Virus record (IMG/VR): IMGVR_UViG_3300044844_000082
Span: 1 to 38,910 of that record
Direction: 5' to 3' (one strand)
Source: a virus
Lineage: Duplodnaviria; Caudoviricetes
Length of the DNA: 38,910 nucleotides
A program made the translations under genes and the position numbers. A model generated the notes under the pieces. That model was given only the letters and a program-made list of their open reading frames with translations, searched no databases and was not told where the DNA came from. Below are positions 1-9,319 of the stretch, piece by piece (position 1 is the first letter of the stretch; each line of letters starts with the position of its first letter).

Positions 1-1303
1 GCAGTTTTAAAATAGAGCAGCCGATCGACTTAACGATTTTAGTAGTTCGGACACCCTTATCAACGCTTCCTCCGCCGAATCCAGTAGTAATTCTCTTTCC
101 GGATCGGCCAGCGTTTTCGGTGAACAAAACATTCTCATACCCAAAATCATAATTCAATGAAGTTGAAACCTGTTCACCAATATCATTAACCTCGACCAAA
201 ACAGAGGCATTATTATATGCCTTGGCTGTTCTGTGTATAATATCAGCATAATCAAGTGGTGTGATAGCATTATTCCTATAAACCCCGACCTGCTGATATG
301 GCATGGTTGTAACATCTACCAACTGGAAGGCTGAATAATCTAACCCCTTACCACGAGAAACGTCGCAAACCATCATATAAACGTGATTCGGTTCAACCGC
401 CCGGAACTGCGTCAAACCATCTTTTTGTAAGATGGGGTTAGAAGAAACTAATTCTTTGAGCTTCCAACCAGCAATCAGGGTGCCTGACGAACCCAAAAAT
501 TCGCAGTTATATTCCTGATCGAACTTCTCGAGGTCAAAGTTCATACCAGCCAGAGTATCTTGCTTCCACTTTTCATCACGACCAGGAACTGCTTGCCAAT
601 TAACTAGAATTGGATGATAACCGTTAGTGCCTTTTTCGGCATTGGCCCATGTAGCGTGGAAGTGATTCAAACCGTTTGGAGTGGAAACCAGAATAATCTT
701 TGACTCCGAACCCGAAGAAATAGTAGGATAAACCGAAGTGAAGAATTCATCCCAGTTATCAATGAACGCCGCTTCGTCGATGAATAGAAGGTTGATGGTA
801 TAACCACGGATGGCGCTGGCAGAAGTAGCAGCAGCCAAAACACGGCTGTTATTTTCTAGAACGAATGAACCCTTGTTCCATTCAACAACACCCTGCTGTA
901 GCCATTTAGGTAGATGCTGGTAGGCAAGCTGGACACGACCAAGAATTTCTCGAGCCGTATCACCCTTATTGGCCAGTAGAGCAACAGTTTTGTCTGGATG
1001 AAAAATGATATACCAAAGGATAAACGCACAGGTTGTAGTAGACTTACCAGCCTGTCGGGCAGTAGTAACGATAGAATAACGATTATTTTTAAATGAAGTT
1101 ACCATTTCTTTCTGGTAACCATACAATTTAAAACTTGTCAGACCCTCATTAATTGAGATGATCTTCATATAGTTTTCAGTGAAATATACAGGGTCATTCT
1201 GACATTTGATATACTCCTGAACAAGTTCCGGAGTCCATTCAATGTTCTGATTAGTTTTCTTTAGAAGAACATTACCCTTATAACCACCCACCAACTCATT
1301 CAT
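1..1303 (-). CDS. gp17: Terminase large subunit, T4 gp17-like (3' end runs off the window; not in ORF track)
   Basis: ATG at 1303 overlaps the gp16 stop and reads MNELVGGYKGNVLLKKTNQNIEWTPELVQEYIKCQNDPVYF. Walker A TARQAGKSTTT, Walker B LLFIDEAAFI and motif III IILVSTPNGLNHF are present. It lies directly after gp16. Confidence 0.97.
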   Translation of the reverse strand, partial: MNELVGGYKGNVLLKKTNQNIEWTPELVQEYIKCQNDPVYFTENYMKIISINEGLTSFKLYGYQKEMVTSFKNNRYSIVTTARQAGKSTTTCAFILWYIIFHPDKTVALLANKGDTAREILGRVQLAYQHLPKWLQQGVVEWNKGSFVLENNSRVLAAATSASAIRGYTINLLFIDEAAFIDNWDEFFTSVYPTISSGSESKIILVSTPNGLNHFHATWANAEKGTNGYHPILVNWQAVPGRDEKWKQDTLAGMNFDLEKFDQEYNCEFLGSSGTLIAGWKLKELVSSNPILQKDGLTQFRAVEPNHVYMMVCDVSRGKGLDYSAFQLVDVTTMPYQQVGVYRNNAITPLDYADIIHRTAKAYNNASVLVEVNDIGEQVSTSLNYDFGYENVLFTENAGRSGKRITTGFGGGSVDKGVRTTKIVKSIGCSILKL

Positions 1304-1706
1304 TGTTCTTCATATCCTTAAGAACTTTTTGTAATTCTGCTGTAGAACCTACGAATAAGTTATTATTAATGGTTTGTGCTTTTTCGCTAATTGGTGAGTC
1401 TTTTGCATCAATTTCACGGATCTTAGACTGAAGCTCTAACAACTCTTTATTAGTGCTTACTACTGTATCCATAAGTTTAGCTAAAACTTCGAATGCACGT
1501 GGGTGCTGAGACTGACTGGCAATCTCAGATAATTTATCTATTGCTTCTTGACCTGTTGAGATTACTTCATACAGATTAGCTCTTGCTGATTCGAAATCGT
1601 TTCTTGCAGAATCATCATGAGCCTTAGCAATAATATTATCGATTTGTTTTTCATATTCCAACGCTGGTAAATTTACCTTTTCGTTGTCATCATCTTCATT
1701 TATCAT
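1296..1706 (-). CDS. gp16: Terminase small subunit, T4 gp16-like
   Basis: DFESARANL, HPRAFEVLAKL and NNNLFVGSTAELQK motifs; position between gp15 and gp17. Confidence 0.95.
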   Translation of the reverse strand: MINEDDDNEKVNLPALEYEKQIDNIIAKAHDDSARNDFESARANLYEVISTGQEAIDKLSEIASQSQHPRAFEVLAKLMDTVVSTNKELLELQSKIREIDAKDSPISEKAQTINNNLFVGSTAELQKVLKDMKNNE

Positions 1707-2560
1707 TCAATCTCATCAGTGTTGTAGATTTGAGTTATGAAACCATAATCATCATCAGAATTTACTTCAATATAAGGAACAGTTCCTGTATTGGCGTTTG
1801 GACCACCAAAGTAATTTATAGGGTTACCATTAGCGTCTAATCCAGGTTGAACTGTTATCTTTTCTGCCATTGGGGTCACACCCTTACCTTCAGCGGCAGT
1901 GTTTGTTGAAGGTATATAGAATTGTGTTCTAACAAATTTAATGATCCCAGAAGATTTGATAGGACCATAAAGATAACCTTTAAGAACAAAATCTAGCTGC
2001 CAAATAATAGCTCTTCTCTCAGAATAGGCGCCCTCATAAGTGTCAGAATAGCTGATATTATTCAATATGATTGGAATATCCATGGTAACATTAACCTCTG
2101 GGATTAGGTTACATGTTGTTGTCCAATCTGGCGTAAAGTATGGAAGAATCTGTTCAATAATCTTTGTTCCATCTTCTGCATTCTTAGCATAAACATAAAC
2201 CTTGAAGTCTATATTATATGGAACTGGATTATATTGATATTTAAACTTATCAGCATCAGTAGCATCCCTAACAGCAACCTTGCCAATGGTGTTTAATTTT
2301 CTTGTACCATCATAAGTCATTTTACCCATTTCAAATGAAATCATGGGTAACGTTGCAACAGCACTTGATTTGTCTAGTGCTGGATCCTGTATAATACGGG
2401 CCAACATCTTATCTTTGGGTGCATATGTAATAGGCACTTTTACTAGAGATGTAACTGTACCAGAAGAATCTGTTTTGGTTATACGAATCTGATTAAGTAA
2501 GGTTCCCATAAGAATTACATATTTTCTTATAAGACCAAAATAAAACGGTGAACCAAACAT
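1703..2560 (-). CDS. gp15: Tail sheath stabiliser / tail terminator, T4 gp15-like
   Basis: KVPITYAPKDK, LPMISFEM, PVPYNIDF, IIEQILPYFTP and KGYLYGP motifs; synteny gp13-14-15-16-17. Confidence 0.95.
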   Translation of the reverse strand: MFGSPFYFGLIRKYVILMGTLLNQIRITKTDSSGTVTSLVKVPITYAPKDKMLARIIQDPALDKSSAVATLPMISFEMGKMTYDGTRKLNTIGKVAVRDATDADKFKYQYNPVPYNIDFKVYVYAKNAEDGTKIIEQILPYFTPDWTTTCNLIPEVNVTMDIPIILNNISYSDTYEGAYSERRAIIWQLDFVLKGYLYGPIKSSGIIKFVRTQFYIPSTNTAAEGKGVTPMAEKITVQPGLDANGNPINYFGGPNANTGTVPYIEVNSDDDYGFITQIYNTDEIE

Positions 2561-3288
2561 TAAATGTTACCTTCGCTAAATGGATCTAGAGAACTGAAGT
2601 CAACAAACATGTCAGACTCTTTTTGTATTTCGTCATTATCCGAAGCAGGAGATATTTGTTCTAGTGAGAATTTTTCTAATACTAGATAATCGCCGTCTTC
2701 AGTTGTAATAGCAACTTTATTTGAACTTTCTGTTCTTATGGTCCAATCCAGAATGTTTGTGTCATTCTTTCTTTGAATAGAATCAATTTCTGGAATACCT
2801 GTATTGAACAGTTCTCCAGAATATTCAAACACTTCGCAAGTCATTTCCCATGTTTGAAGTGCGCCTAGCTGATAAAACATTTCATATTTGTTAACATACT
2901 TAATCTGAAACGCTCTTTGATTCAAAGGAAAATAGATAATATCTCCTTCGTTTGGTCTTACCTGAGCAGTAAATTCACCAACTTCTTCATTAAATATTCT
3001 ACGGGCAACAGAGAATACAACTTGATTGCGAATTTCAACGCCAAACTTAGATAGAAATTCTTGATCGCCACTAAACCCGTCGATGGATTTAATATACATT
3101 TCTATAGGATAAGCTACTTCATAAGAAGATTGATCGTCCGCTCCATACACATCATCGTAATTGTTTAATTTACGAGGAACGTAATATATGTCATGTCCGT
3201 ATATTTTTATCGACTCGATAATCAAATTTTCGAGAAGCAGTTGCTCCTGAGACGCTTTGAAGTTGTTAAAAAAGAAGTTAGTGCTAAT
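2560..3288 (-). CDS. gp14: Neck / head-closure protein, T4 gp14-like; probable non-canonical ATT start at 3288
   Basis: IIESIKIYGHDIYYVPR, LSKFGVEIR, RPNEGDIIYFP and DPFSE motifs. The frame continues upstream of the ORF-track start (3225) as ATT-STNFFFNNFKASQEQLLLENL, which matches the usual gp14 N-terminus. GGAGG lies 5 nt before the ATT. Confidence 0.92.
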   Translation of the reverse strand: MSTNFFFNNFKASQEQLLLENLIIESIKIYGHDIYYVPRKLNNYDDVYGADDQSSYEVAYPIEMYIKSIDGFSGDQEFLSKFGVEIRNQVVFSVARRIFNEEVGEFTAQVRPNEGDIIYFPLNQRAFQIKYVNKYEMFYQLGALQTWEMTCEVFEYSGELFNTGIPEIDSIQRKNDTNILDWTIRTESSNKVAITTEDGDYLVLEKFSLEQISPASDNDEIQKESDMFVDFSSLDPFSEGNI

Positions 3289-3289
3289 G

Positions 3290-3916
3290 TTAGCCTCCCG
3301 CTTTCTTTTTGCGTTCGGCCCACCACAGTTTCATACGTTCGGACTGAATCTGTTTATAGTTATCTGGTCTTGCCTGCACGCTCTTTTTCCCAGCGTTTGA
3401 AGCCAGTTCTTTCAGATTTGAAATATTTTTTCTTTTTTCGCTCATTTTTCTTTTTGATTCTTCGCTGTGATTAGAACCTATTCTTGAGGCGACCAGAGCA
3501 GCTGTATGTTCAGCGCTGTTCTTTTTACCAACCCTATTATTTAATATATTTTTACGATGAGATTCTGACAGCTTTTTGCCTTTTTTAGCCTCGGACATCT
3601 TTTGTCTGTGTTCAAGGGACATCTCTCCCTTTTTCCAGCCGTCGAAATAAAATCCATCATTATCGTGTTTATTATAAAACGATTCATCCAATCTGGCGTT
3701 TGCAGCCTGTAGAATTTTAGCTTCGAGTTTTCTTATGTCTGATAGATTACCCTCTGCAATAATCTGTCTGCTAAAATCTGATGGTCTCTTATTATATTCT
3801 TTGAGCATATATTTACTTGAACAAACATAACCGTCATCCGCTGAACCTTTGTGAGATCCAACGTACAACATATTATTCTTTTTGTCTGTCCAGCAGTAAA
3901 CGAACGCTTCTGTCAT
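3290..3916 (-). mobile_element. Free-standing GIY-YIG (Seg-like) homing endonuclease with NUMOD3-type DNA-binding repeats
   Basis: N-terminal FVYCWTD...YVGSHKG...Y..SS...E...FYN GIY-YIG-type domain and basic repeats (EHRQKMSEAKKGKKLSESH, HSEESKRKMS). The likely start is ATG 3916, overlapping the gp13 stop (TGATG). Confidence 0.88.
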
Positions 3917-4653
3917 CAGCCGATAAGATCCGTACAAGGTAGAGAGTATGTGAAGATCATTTCTCTTTCAAGAGCTTCACGCTCTGCAGTGGCTTCATCG
4001 TATATTTTCTGACCATTAAATGTAAGACCACCTGGCATTTTCATACCTTCAAACTTTTTAAGGTTCTGACCCCATTGTTGTTTAATAAGACAAGAAGCGT
4101 AACGCCCCAACCAACGATCGCCCCAAGCATCAGAATAAACTGCAGGGTCTACGATTTGATATGCTTCTACGATTAGATAATTACCAACAGCAACTTGATC
4201 CCAAGACATGTCAATGTAAAGTCTATTAATATGTCTATTGTATCTTAATGGTTGCTGACCAACTAGCATCTGTTCTAGGAACTGAACATGGTTCATGGCC
4301 ATATAATATGGCACCATAGAAACTGATGTCAAAGTGTAAAGATCGTTTAGTGCAATCTGGTAACGGATATTGAATAGGTTATTCAAACCAAGCGCAGAAC
4401 CAAGAGGGAAGATATTTACCGCTCCAATTATGTTCTCTGGGAGAGTAATATATTTGTTGGCAATATCAGTTGAGTCTATTTGTCTTTTATAATAGGTCTT
4501 TTCAGAACCATCAAAATGATAATCCCAATAATATCTTAGAGCTTCGTCAATACGATCTGAAACCTGATCGTCGTCGACGTTGATTTCAACGACTGGTTTA
4601 CCTAATTTTCTTAGGCAATATTCAGAAAATTCTGCTCTAGTTGTTGGTACCAT
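3916..4653 (-). CDS. gp13: Neck protein, T4 gp13-like
   Basis: YCLRKLGKPVVEINVDDDQVSDRIDEAL, DYHFDG and KQQWGQNLKKFEGMKMPGG motifs. Confidence 0.95.
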   Translation of the reverse strand: MVPTTRAEFSEYCLRKLGKPVVEINVDDDQVSDRIDEALRYYWDYHFDGSEKTYYKRQIDSTDIANKYITLPENIIGAVNIFPLGSALGLNNLFNIRYQIALNDLYTLTSVSMVPYYMAMNHVQFLEQMLVGQQPLRYNRHINRLYIDMSWDQVAVGNYLIVEAYQIVDPAVYSDAWGDRWLGRYASCLIKQQWGQNLKKFEGMKMPGGLTFNGQKIYDEATAEREALEREMIFTYSLPCTDLIG

Positions 4654-4701
4654 TATTTCCTACCCTTTGGTGGATCTGTTTTATTCTATTTATTAATTGT
4701 T

Positions 4702-5406
4702 TTATACATATATTTTTTCCAAATTTTCATAGATAATATCAGATATAACTTTATGTTCTTCGAAACTGGGATACTCTAAACTTTGGGGCAATCCGCATAT
4801 TTCTTTAACAACGCTATTTATAGTTGTCCCTCTAACAATATATTGTAACACGTCGCCGAATAGATTCTTATCGCAATGAACCATCCATCCATCAAAAATA
4901 ATAAATTTACATTTTGATTTTTGTAAAGCGTACAAAGAACTAGTAAGCATCACCTTAAACATTTCATGATGCCATTTTTCGTTCCAGAAAGTATTGTATA
5001 CATGAAACATAAATTTCTTACTATATTCGTCGGTTGTGTGTGGTAGAATAGTTCTACACATATTTTTGGTACGAACGCCATAATCTTCTGTAGTATCATC
5101 CAATATTTTGTATTTGTTTTCTATGTCCATTGTAGATTTGTATTCATAAGTTGGATTAACACCCATTTCAATTCTGTCAAACCCGGACCATTGGACCACG
5201 ACAACATCTTCTTCGGTTAATGGTAATGATTGAATTATCCTCGCAGCACGCCAATTACTAGCGCCTGGAAATGATAAATTTTGTAATTTCATATCAAGTT
5301 TTTGCGACAGTATACCAGGCCATGTCAATGATTGGCGTTCTTTTTCTGAACATTCTTTATAAAAATTCCAACCATATGTCATACTGTCGCCAAATGTATA
5401 AAGCAT
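4702..5406 (-). CDS. SGNH/GDSL-hydrolase-like protein, possibly catalytically degenerate
   Basis: FGDSMTYG block I, NLSFPGASN block II, VVVQWS..DR, and a C-terminal YPSFEEH where HP..GH is usual. The start is set at ATG 5406 (GGAGA upstream) rather than 5451. Confidence 0.7.
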   Translation of the reverse strand: MLYTFGDSMTYGWNFYKECSEKERQSLTWPGILSQKLDMKLQNLSFPGASNWRAARIIQSLPLTEEDVVVVQWSGFDRIEMGVNPTYEYKSTMDIENKYKILDDTTEDYGVRTKNMCRTILPHTTDEYSKKFMFHVYNTFWNEKWHHEMFKVMLTSSLYALQKSKCKFIIFDGWMVHCDKNLFGDVLQYIVRGTTINSVVKEICGLPQSLEYPSFEEHKVISDIIYENLEKIYV

Positions 5407-5407
5407 A

Positions 5408-6190
5408 TCAATCTCCAAAACCAAATGGACATTTTTTCTCTCGCTTATCATTACGCCTCACAAGAGAAATAGTTCTCCTCCATCCCATAGAAGTTCCAGT
5501 GACATTATATGTTTTTGTTTTAAGTTCTTCTTCAGTAACAATATGATTGTGTATTTTGATCTTTTTATCTGTCAACGGTATAAATTGGACCAATGGAGTG
5601 CCCATTGATAAACAGAATTGATCATATCTATTTTTGTTTATCGCCAAAAACGCATTACTTCCTGTTTGGTAATGAAAATTTACCATACCAGGAAGAATAT
5701 GAAAATCAAAATTTTCCAAAGACCATTGAGCGCCGAAACAAGCAAAAGGAATATCTTCTTTGGTTTGTATTTTCCATGGGCTATTCAGCTTTAACAACCA
5801 ATGATTCAAAAACCCAGGATTTACCTGATCGTTATTGTGCAATATCGGAGGCGTACCGTTGGAATAATGAAAGGACAACCCTTTTTCGTGAACATTAACA
5901 GCTAAATCACACCAGTTTTCTAAAATAAAACCACGACTATATAGATCATGGAAACCTGGACAAGATTTTATAGACCTTAGCGATATGTGCCAATTAAAAT
6001 TTATGCCACCGTTTTCATCAACTTTATATTGAGGCCATTTGGTGTTAGATGGTTGCGTTTTTATTACCTTATCATACCATTCGGGTTTGGCTTTGCTTGA
6101 TTTTACGATGGGCGTAAATTTGTATGCGTCATTATTTGAAGTAAAACAATCAATATTCACAACAGAAGATCTGTGAAAAAAACTAAACAT
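5408..6190 (-). CDS. Conserved phage hypothetical protein (K.CPG..D / KLNSPW / GTPLVQFIP type; possibly a dUTPase-like beta fold)
   Basis: 260-aa ORF with an AAGGA RBS. The motif pattern is recognisable from accessory genes of large T4-like phages. Function not established. Confidence 0.6.
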   Translation of the reverse strand: MFSFFHRSSVVNIDCFTSNNDAYKFTPIVKSSKAKPEWYDKVIKTQPSNTKWPQYKVDENGGINFNWHISLRSIKSCPGFHDLYSRGFILENWCDLAVNVHEKGLSFHYSNGTPPILHNNDQVNPGFLNHWLLKLNSPWKIQTKEDIPFACFGAQWSLENFDFHILPGMVNFHYQTGSNAFLAINKNRYDQFCLSMGTPLVQFIPLTDKKIKIHNHIVTEEELKTKTYNVTGTSMGWRRTISLVRRNDKREKKCPFGFGD

Positions 6191-6204
6191 AACATATGTT
6201 CCTT

Positions 6205-6212
6205 TATAAATA
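6205..6212 (+). promoter_or_regulatory. T4-type late promoter TATAAATA
   Basis: Exact consensus 27 nt upstream of the plus-strand ORF at 6240. Confidence 0.7.
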
Positions 6213-6239
6213 AATAAAATCGCTTCAACAAGAGGGTTA

Positions 6240-6470
6240 ATGATGCCTAAGACAAGAACTTTTGAATTGCCAGAATTTGATGATTATAACATCAGAACCG
6301 AAACCAACCCAACTACGGGAACTGTTGCAATTCAGGAATACTTCTTGAAAGGGGAATTGGTAGCTCAAGCAGAAATTTCTTTCCACGTTATCGAAGGCGA
6401 ACCTTTAAAGTGGCCATATAAATTTGTAATCAAAGATCCAAAAGATTTGATCAAATTTACTGAGACATAA
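6240..6470 (+). CDS. Hypothetical protein (76 aa); the only credible plus-strand gene
   Basis: Fills an otherwise empty gap and has an upstream TATAAATA and a GAGGG RBS. Confidence 0.7.
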   Translation: MMPKTRTFELPEFDDYNIRTETNPTTGTVAIQEYFLKGELVAQAEISFHVIEGEPLKWPYKFVIKDPKDLIKFTET

Positions 6471-6474
6471 TAAT

Positions 6475-7155
6475 TTAAGTCCACTCAATATAGACGCTAC
6501 CGTTACCTCCTCCACTGGCCGCAGGTGCGTTTTCGCCACCGCCACCACCGCCACCACCTGCGCCGATACTTATAGCAATAGATGCTCCATAACCTGGGGC
6601 ATCGGCATCATTCCAATTCCATGTTTTAACAACTTTGCCACCAGCGCCTCCGGAATTACAACCAGTACCACCGCCAGCGCCGCCTCCTGATGTAACTGTT
6701 CCTCCAGAACCTCCTCCAGCAGCACCACTTGGTGGACAATAATCTTGACCACCGCCTCCTCCGCCAGTACCACCATTTGCAATTACGTTATTACTACTGT
6801 AGAAAGTTGTATTGCCACCAGAAGCTCCAGCCCCCCCACAATATCCATAAGCAAATCCATCGTTACCACAATAACCAGTTGCACCACCGCCCCCTGCATT
6901 TATTGTAACAGTAAGAGTTTCATATCTGGGTACAGAGAAATATTGTGTAGATCCGGTATAACTAAACGAATTATTGCCAGGTGTAACCCATCTTTTCCCA
7001 TAAGCGGTAGAAATACTTATTTGCCCAGATGGAACTCCTAATAATGTTCGAACATCAGCATCATTCAAAGATCTTTGCGAAGTAGAAGATCTTAAAATTT
7101 CTACAGAAATATTGGCAAAAGAAATAACACCAGAACCTGGTAAACCAGTAGTCAT
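6475..7155 (-). CDS. Glycine-rich fibre-tip adhesin, functional analogue of T2-type gp38
   Basis: N-terminal LPGSGVISFANI...VRTLLGVPSGQISIS.AYGK attachment module, then GGGG/GAGG repeats alternating with variable Cys/aromatic loops. It lies immediately after the S74-chaperone fibre. Confidence 0.75.
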   Translation of the reverse strand: MTTGLPGSGVISFANISVEILRSSTSQRSLNDADVRTLLGVPSGQISISTAYGKRWVTPGNNSFSYTGSTQYFSVPRYETLTVTINAGGGGATGYCGNDGFAYGYCGGAGASGGNTTFYSSNNVIANGGTGGGGGGQDYCPPSGAAGGGSGGTVTSGGGAGGGTGCNSGGAGGKVVKTWNWNDADAPGYGASIAISIGAGGGGGGGGENAPAASGGGNGSVYIEWT

Positions 7156-7158
7156 TTA

Positions 7159-9237
7159 TTAAATCCCTATTTTTAATTTCAATTCATCAATTTGTTTCTG
7201 CTGTTCTTTGATTGCTTCAATCAACAAAGCAACAATTCTATCATATTTAACCGCTTTAGTGCCGTCGTCTTTAGTTGCAACTACTTCAGGCAAAACCTTT
7301 TCAATGTTTTGAGCAATAACACCGACGTCATGTCTACGGATAAAGTATCCATCTTCACCACCACGAGCGTCCATGAATTCCTGGGTCCAATCGAATTCAA
7401 CGCCGTCGACTAACATAATCTTTTCAAGGGCGTTTTCGATGGGTTTTACGTTTTCTTTGAAGATGGCGTCTGAAGTATAATAAGCTGTGATGTTATTATT
7501 TGCTCTAATTTCGCCAGCAGTTCCGGAAGCAGCAGTACCAACACCAATTGAATTAAATTGTGAGTTCTGCGAAGTAGAAGTGAATGTTGCAGAGCTTCCA
7601 TCAATCGAGACGCCTGTAAGAGTTTGAGACCCTGTTGTTCTATTAATTGTCAGTGAAGTAGTACCAATAAACATTGTTTGATTTGTTGCTGCAGCGCCGA
7701 TCTCACCAAGAGTCCATGAAACAGCAGCAGATCCATCAACAGATTTACCAGTTGATCCGATAGTAATAGTTCTTGACGTACCCCATGTAGCAGTTGTAAT
7801 AGCAGCAGAACCATTGAAGGCGGAACCATTAATGTTTCTAGAAGTAGCCAATGTGGCTGCACTGTTGACGTTAAGATTTCCTTCAGTCTTACCATAAGCT
7901 GTTGTGGCATTATTGACGTTAAGATTTCCTTCAGCCTTACCATATGGTCCAGTACTATTACCAATTAAGGTCGTTCCTACGTAATATGATACTGCATTTA
8001 CAACAGTAGCATTGGCAGTAAATGCGGTTCCTACTGTATGACTAGCAGCGTTCATCGTTCCTGTATGATAAACGCCAGTGGCATTGGCAACAAGAGATGT
8101 TCCTACTGTATGCGAAGAACCATTAACTACGCCAGTATAAACCGGAAGATAAGCAGCGATATTAGCGTTTAATGTTGAATTGAGTTGGTAAGAAGAAGCT
8201 GCTGTACCGCCTAAATTGGTTGAGTTATTAGCAATTAATGCGCTGTTAACGTTAAGATTACCTTCGGACTTACCATTAACAAATGTTGTATTGTTAGATG
8301 AAATCGTTCCAATATATGTTGCATTAACATGAACGCCAGTGGCATTAACAACTGCACCAGTTCCTGGAGTAACAAACAAACCTGTAGAATTGGCTGTAAT
8401 ACCATTATTAGCTAGAACTGACAATGTTCCAGAACTTGTGATAGCGCCGCCAGTTAGACCGTTTCCGGAACCAACAGATGTTACAGTTCCTGCATTAACG
8501 TCGTCGACTGCCCAATAAGTGGCTGTACCATTAGAGTGAAGAACTTGGCCAGCGGTGCCGTAAGTACCATTAGCAGAAAGACCAGAACCTAACACTACGT
8601 TAGCATTATATGTATGAACGCCAGATATTGTAAATGCAGCAGTAGTATTAATAACGTTGGCTGGTATTTGAGCGTATGGAAGAACGCCTGTGGTTATATT
8701 AGTAGCATTGGTGTAAAAAGAACCAGGTTGGCTGTTTAGGTTAGTAGCATTAGTTGCCTGCACAGCACTGTTAACATTTAGAGTAGCTTCTGTTTTACCA
8801 TAAGGTCCAGTAGCATTACCGATTAATGTTGCGCCAACATAATATGAAACAGCATTAACAACAGTAGCATTAGCAGTAAAGGCAGTTCCAACAGTATGAC
8901 TAGCAGCATTAACGATACCAGTATAAACGCCAGTAGCGTTAGCAACAGTAGAAGTGCCAACTGTATGACTAGCAGCGTTCATAGTGCCAGTGTGATACGC
9001 ACCAGTAGTATTGGCGATAAAAGTTGTTCCGACAGAAACACTAGTGCTGGTATTAGCGAAACCAACAATCGTTGTATTTCCGAGATAAACATCCCCTAGA
9101 GTAGAAAGACGATGGGTGGGAGCCGAATTATTGATACCCACATTACCTGTAGCGGTAACAGTGACTGCTGTTCCTAGTAAGGTGGTATTTGAGCCTGTTT
9201 CTAGACCATTCTTGACGACGAAATTTTTATCTGCCAT
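7159..9237 (-). CDS. Tail fibre with C-terminal intramolecular chaperone (peptidase S74) domain, gp37-like
   Basis: TSDAIFKENV...FDW...GVIAQ..E.VLPEVV...V.Y..IVALLIEAIKEQQ..I..L S74 signature; repetitive shaft; N-terminal MADKNFVVKNGL. Confidence 0.88.
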   Translation of the reverse strand: MADKNFVVKNGLETGSNTTLLGTAVTVTATGNVGINNSAPTHRLSTLGDVYLGNTTIVGFANTSTSVSVGTTFIANTTGAYHTGTMNAASHTVGTSTVANATGVYTGIVNAASHTVGTAFTANATVVNAVSYYVGATLIGNATGPYGKTEATLNVNSAVQATNATNLNSQPGSFYTNATNITTGVLPYAQIPANVINTTAAFTISGVHTYNANVVLGSGLSANGTYGTAGQVLHSNGTATYWAVDDVNAGTVTSVGSGNGLTGGAITSSGTLSVLANNGITANSTGLFVTPGTGAVVNATGVHVNATYIGTISSNNTTFVNGKSEGNLNVNSALIANNSTNLGGTAASSYQLNSTLNANIAAYLPVYTGVVNGSSHTVGTSLVANATGVYHTGTMNAASHTVGTAFTANATVVNAVSYYVGTTLIGNSTGPYGKAEGNLNVNNATTAYGKTEGNLNVNSAATLATSRNINGSAFNGSAAITTATWGTSRTITIGSTGKSVDGSAAVSWTLGEIGAAATNQTMFIGTTSLTINRTTGSQTLTGVSIDGSSATFTSTSQNSQFNSIGVGTAASGTAGEIRANNNITAYYTSDAIFKENVKPIENALEKIMLVDGVEFDWTQEFMDARGGEDGYFIRRHDVGVIAQNIEKVLPEVVATKDDGTKAVKYDRIVALLIEAIKEQQKQIDELKLKIGI
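7865..7944. repeat. 48-bp-period tandem duplication encoding YGK.EGNLNVN
   Basis: ttgacgttaagatttccttcag(t/c)cttaccata occurs at 7865 and 7913. Confidence 0.85.
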
Positions 9238-9319
9238 GGTTCCCTGTCCCCTATGGTGTTGTTTTTATAATATTTAGTCATATCGAAGGTTAGATTGCTC
9301 GCTCTATGTTGGAAATAGA

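Noticed and set aside
1-1303. Intein or intron in gp17, and its somewhat higher GC as a sign of transfer
   Set aside because: ATPase motifs are spaced normally in the visible part. The GC difference was only spot-checked and can be explained by amino-acid and codon usage.
3290-3315. -1 frameshift from the endonuclease into gp14 at AAAAAG
   Set aside because: gp14 is in the +1 frame relative to the endonuclease, and the heptamer is C AAA AAG, which is not a canonical slippery site.
3286-3916. Group I intron containing the endonuclease
   Set aside because: The insert is essentially all ORF, with no flanking room for an intron core and no terminal G at the putative 3' junction.
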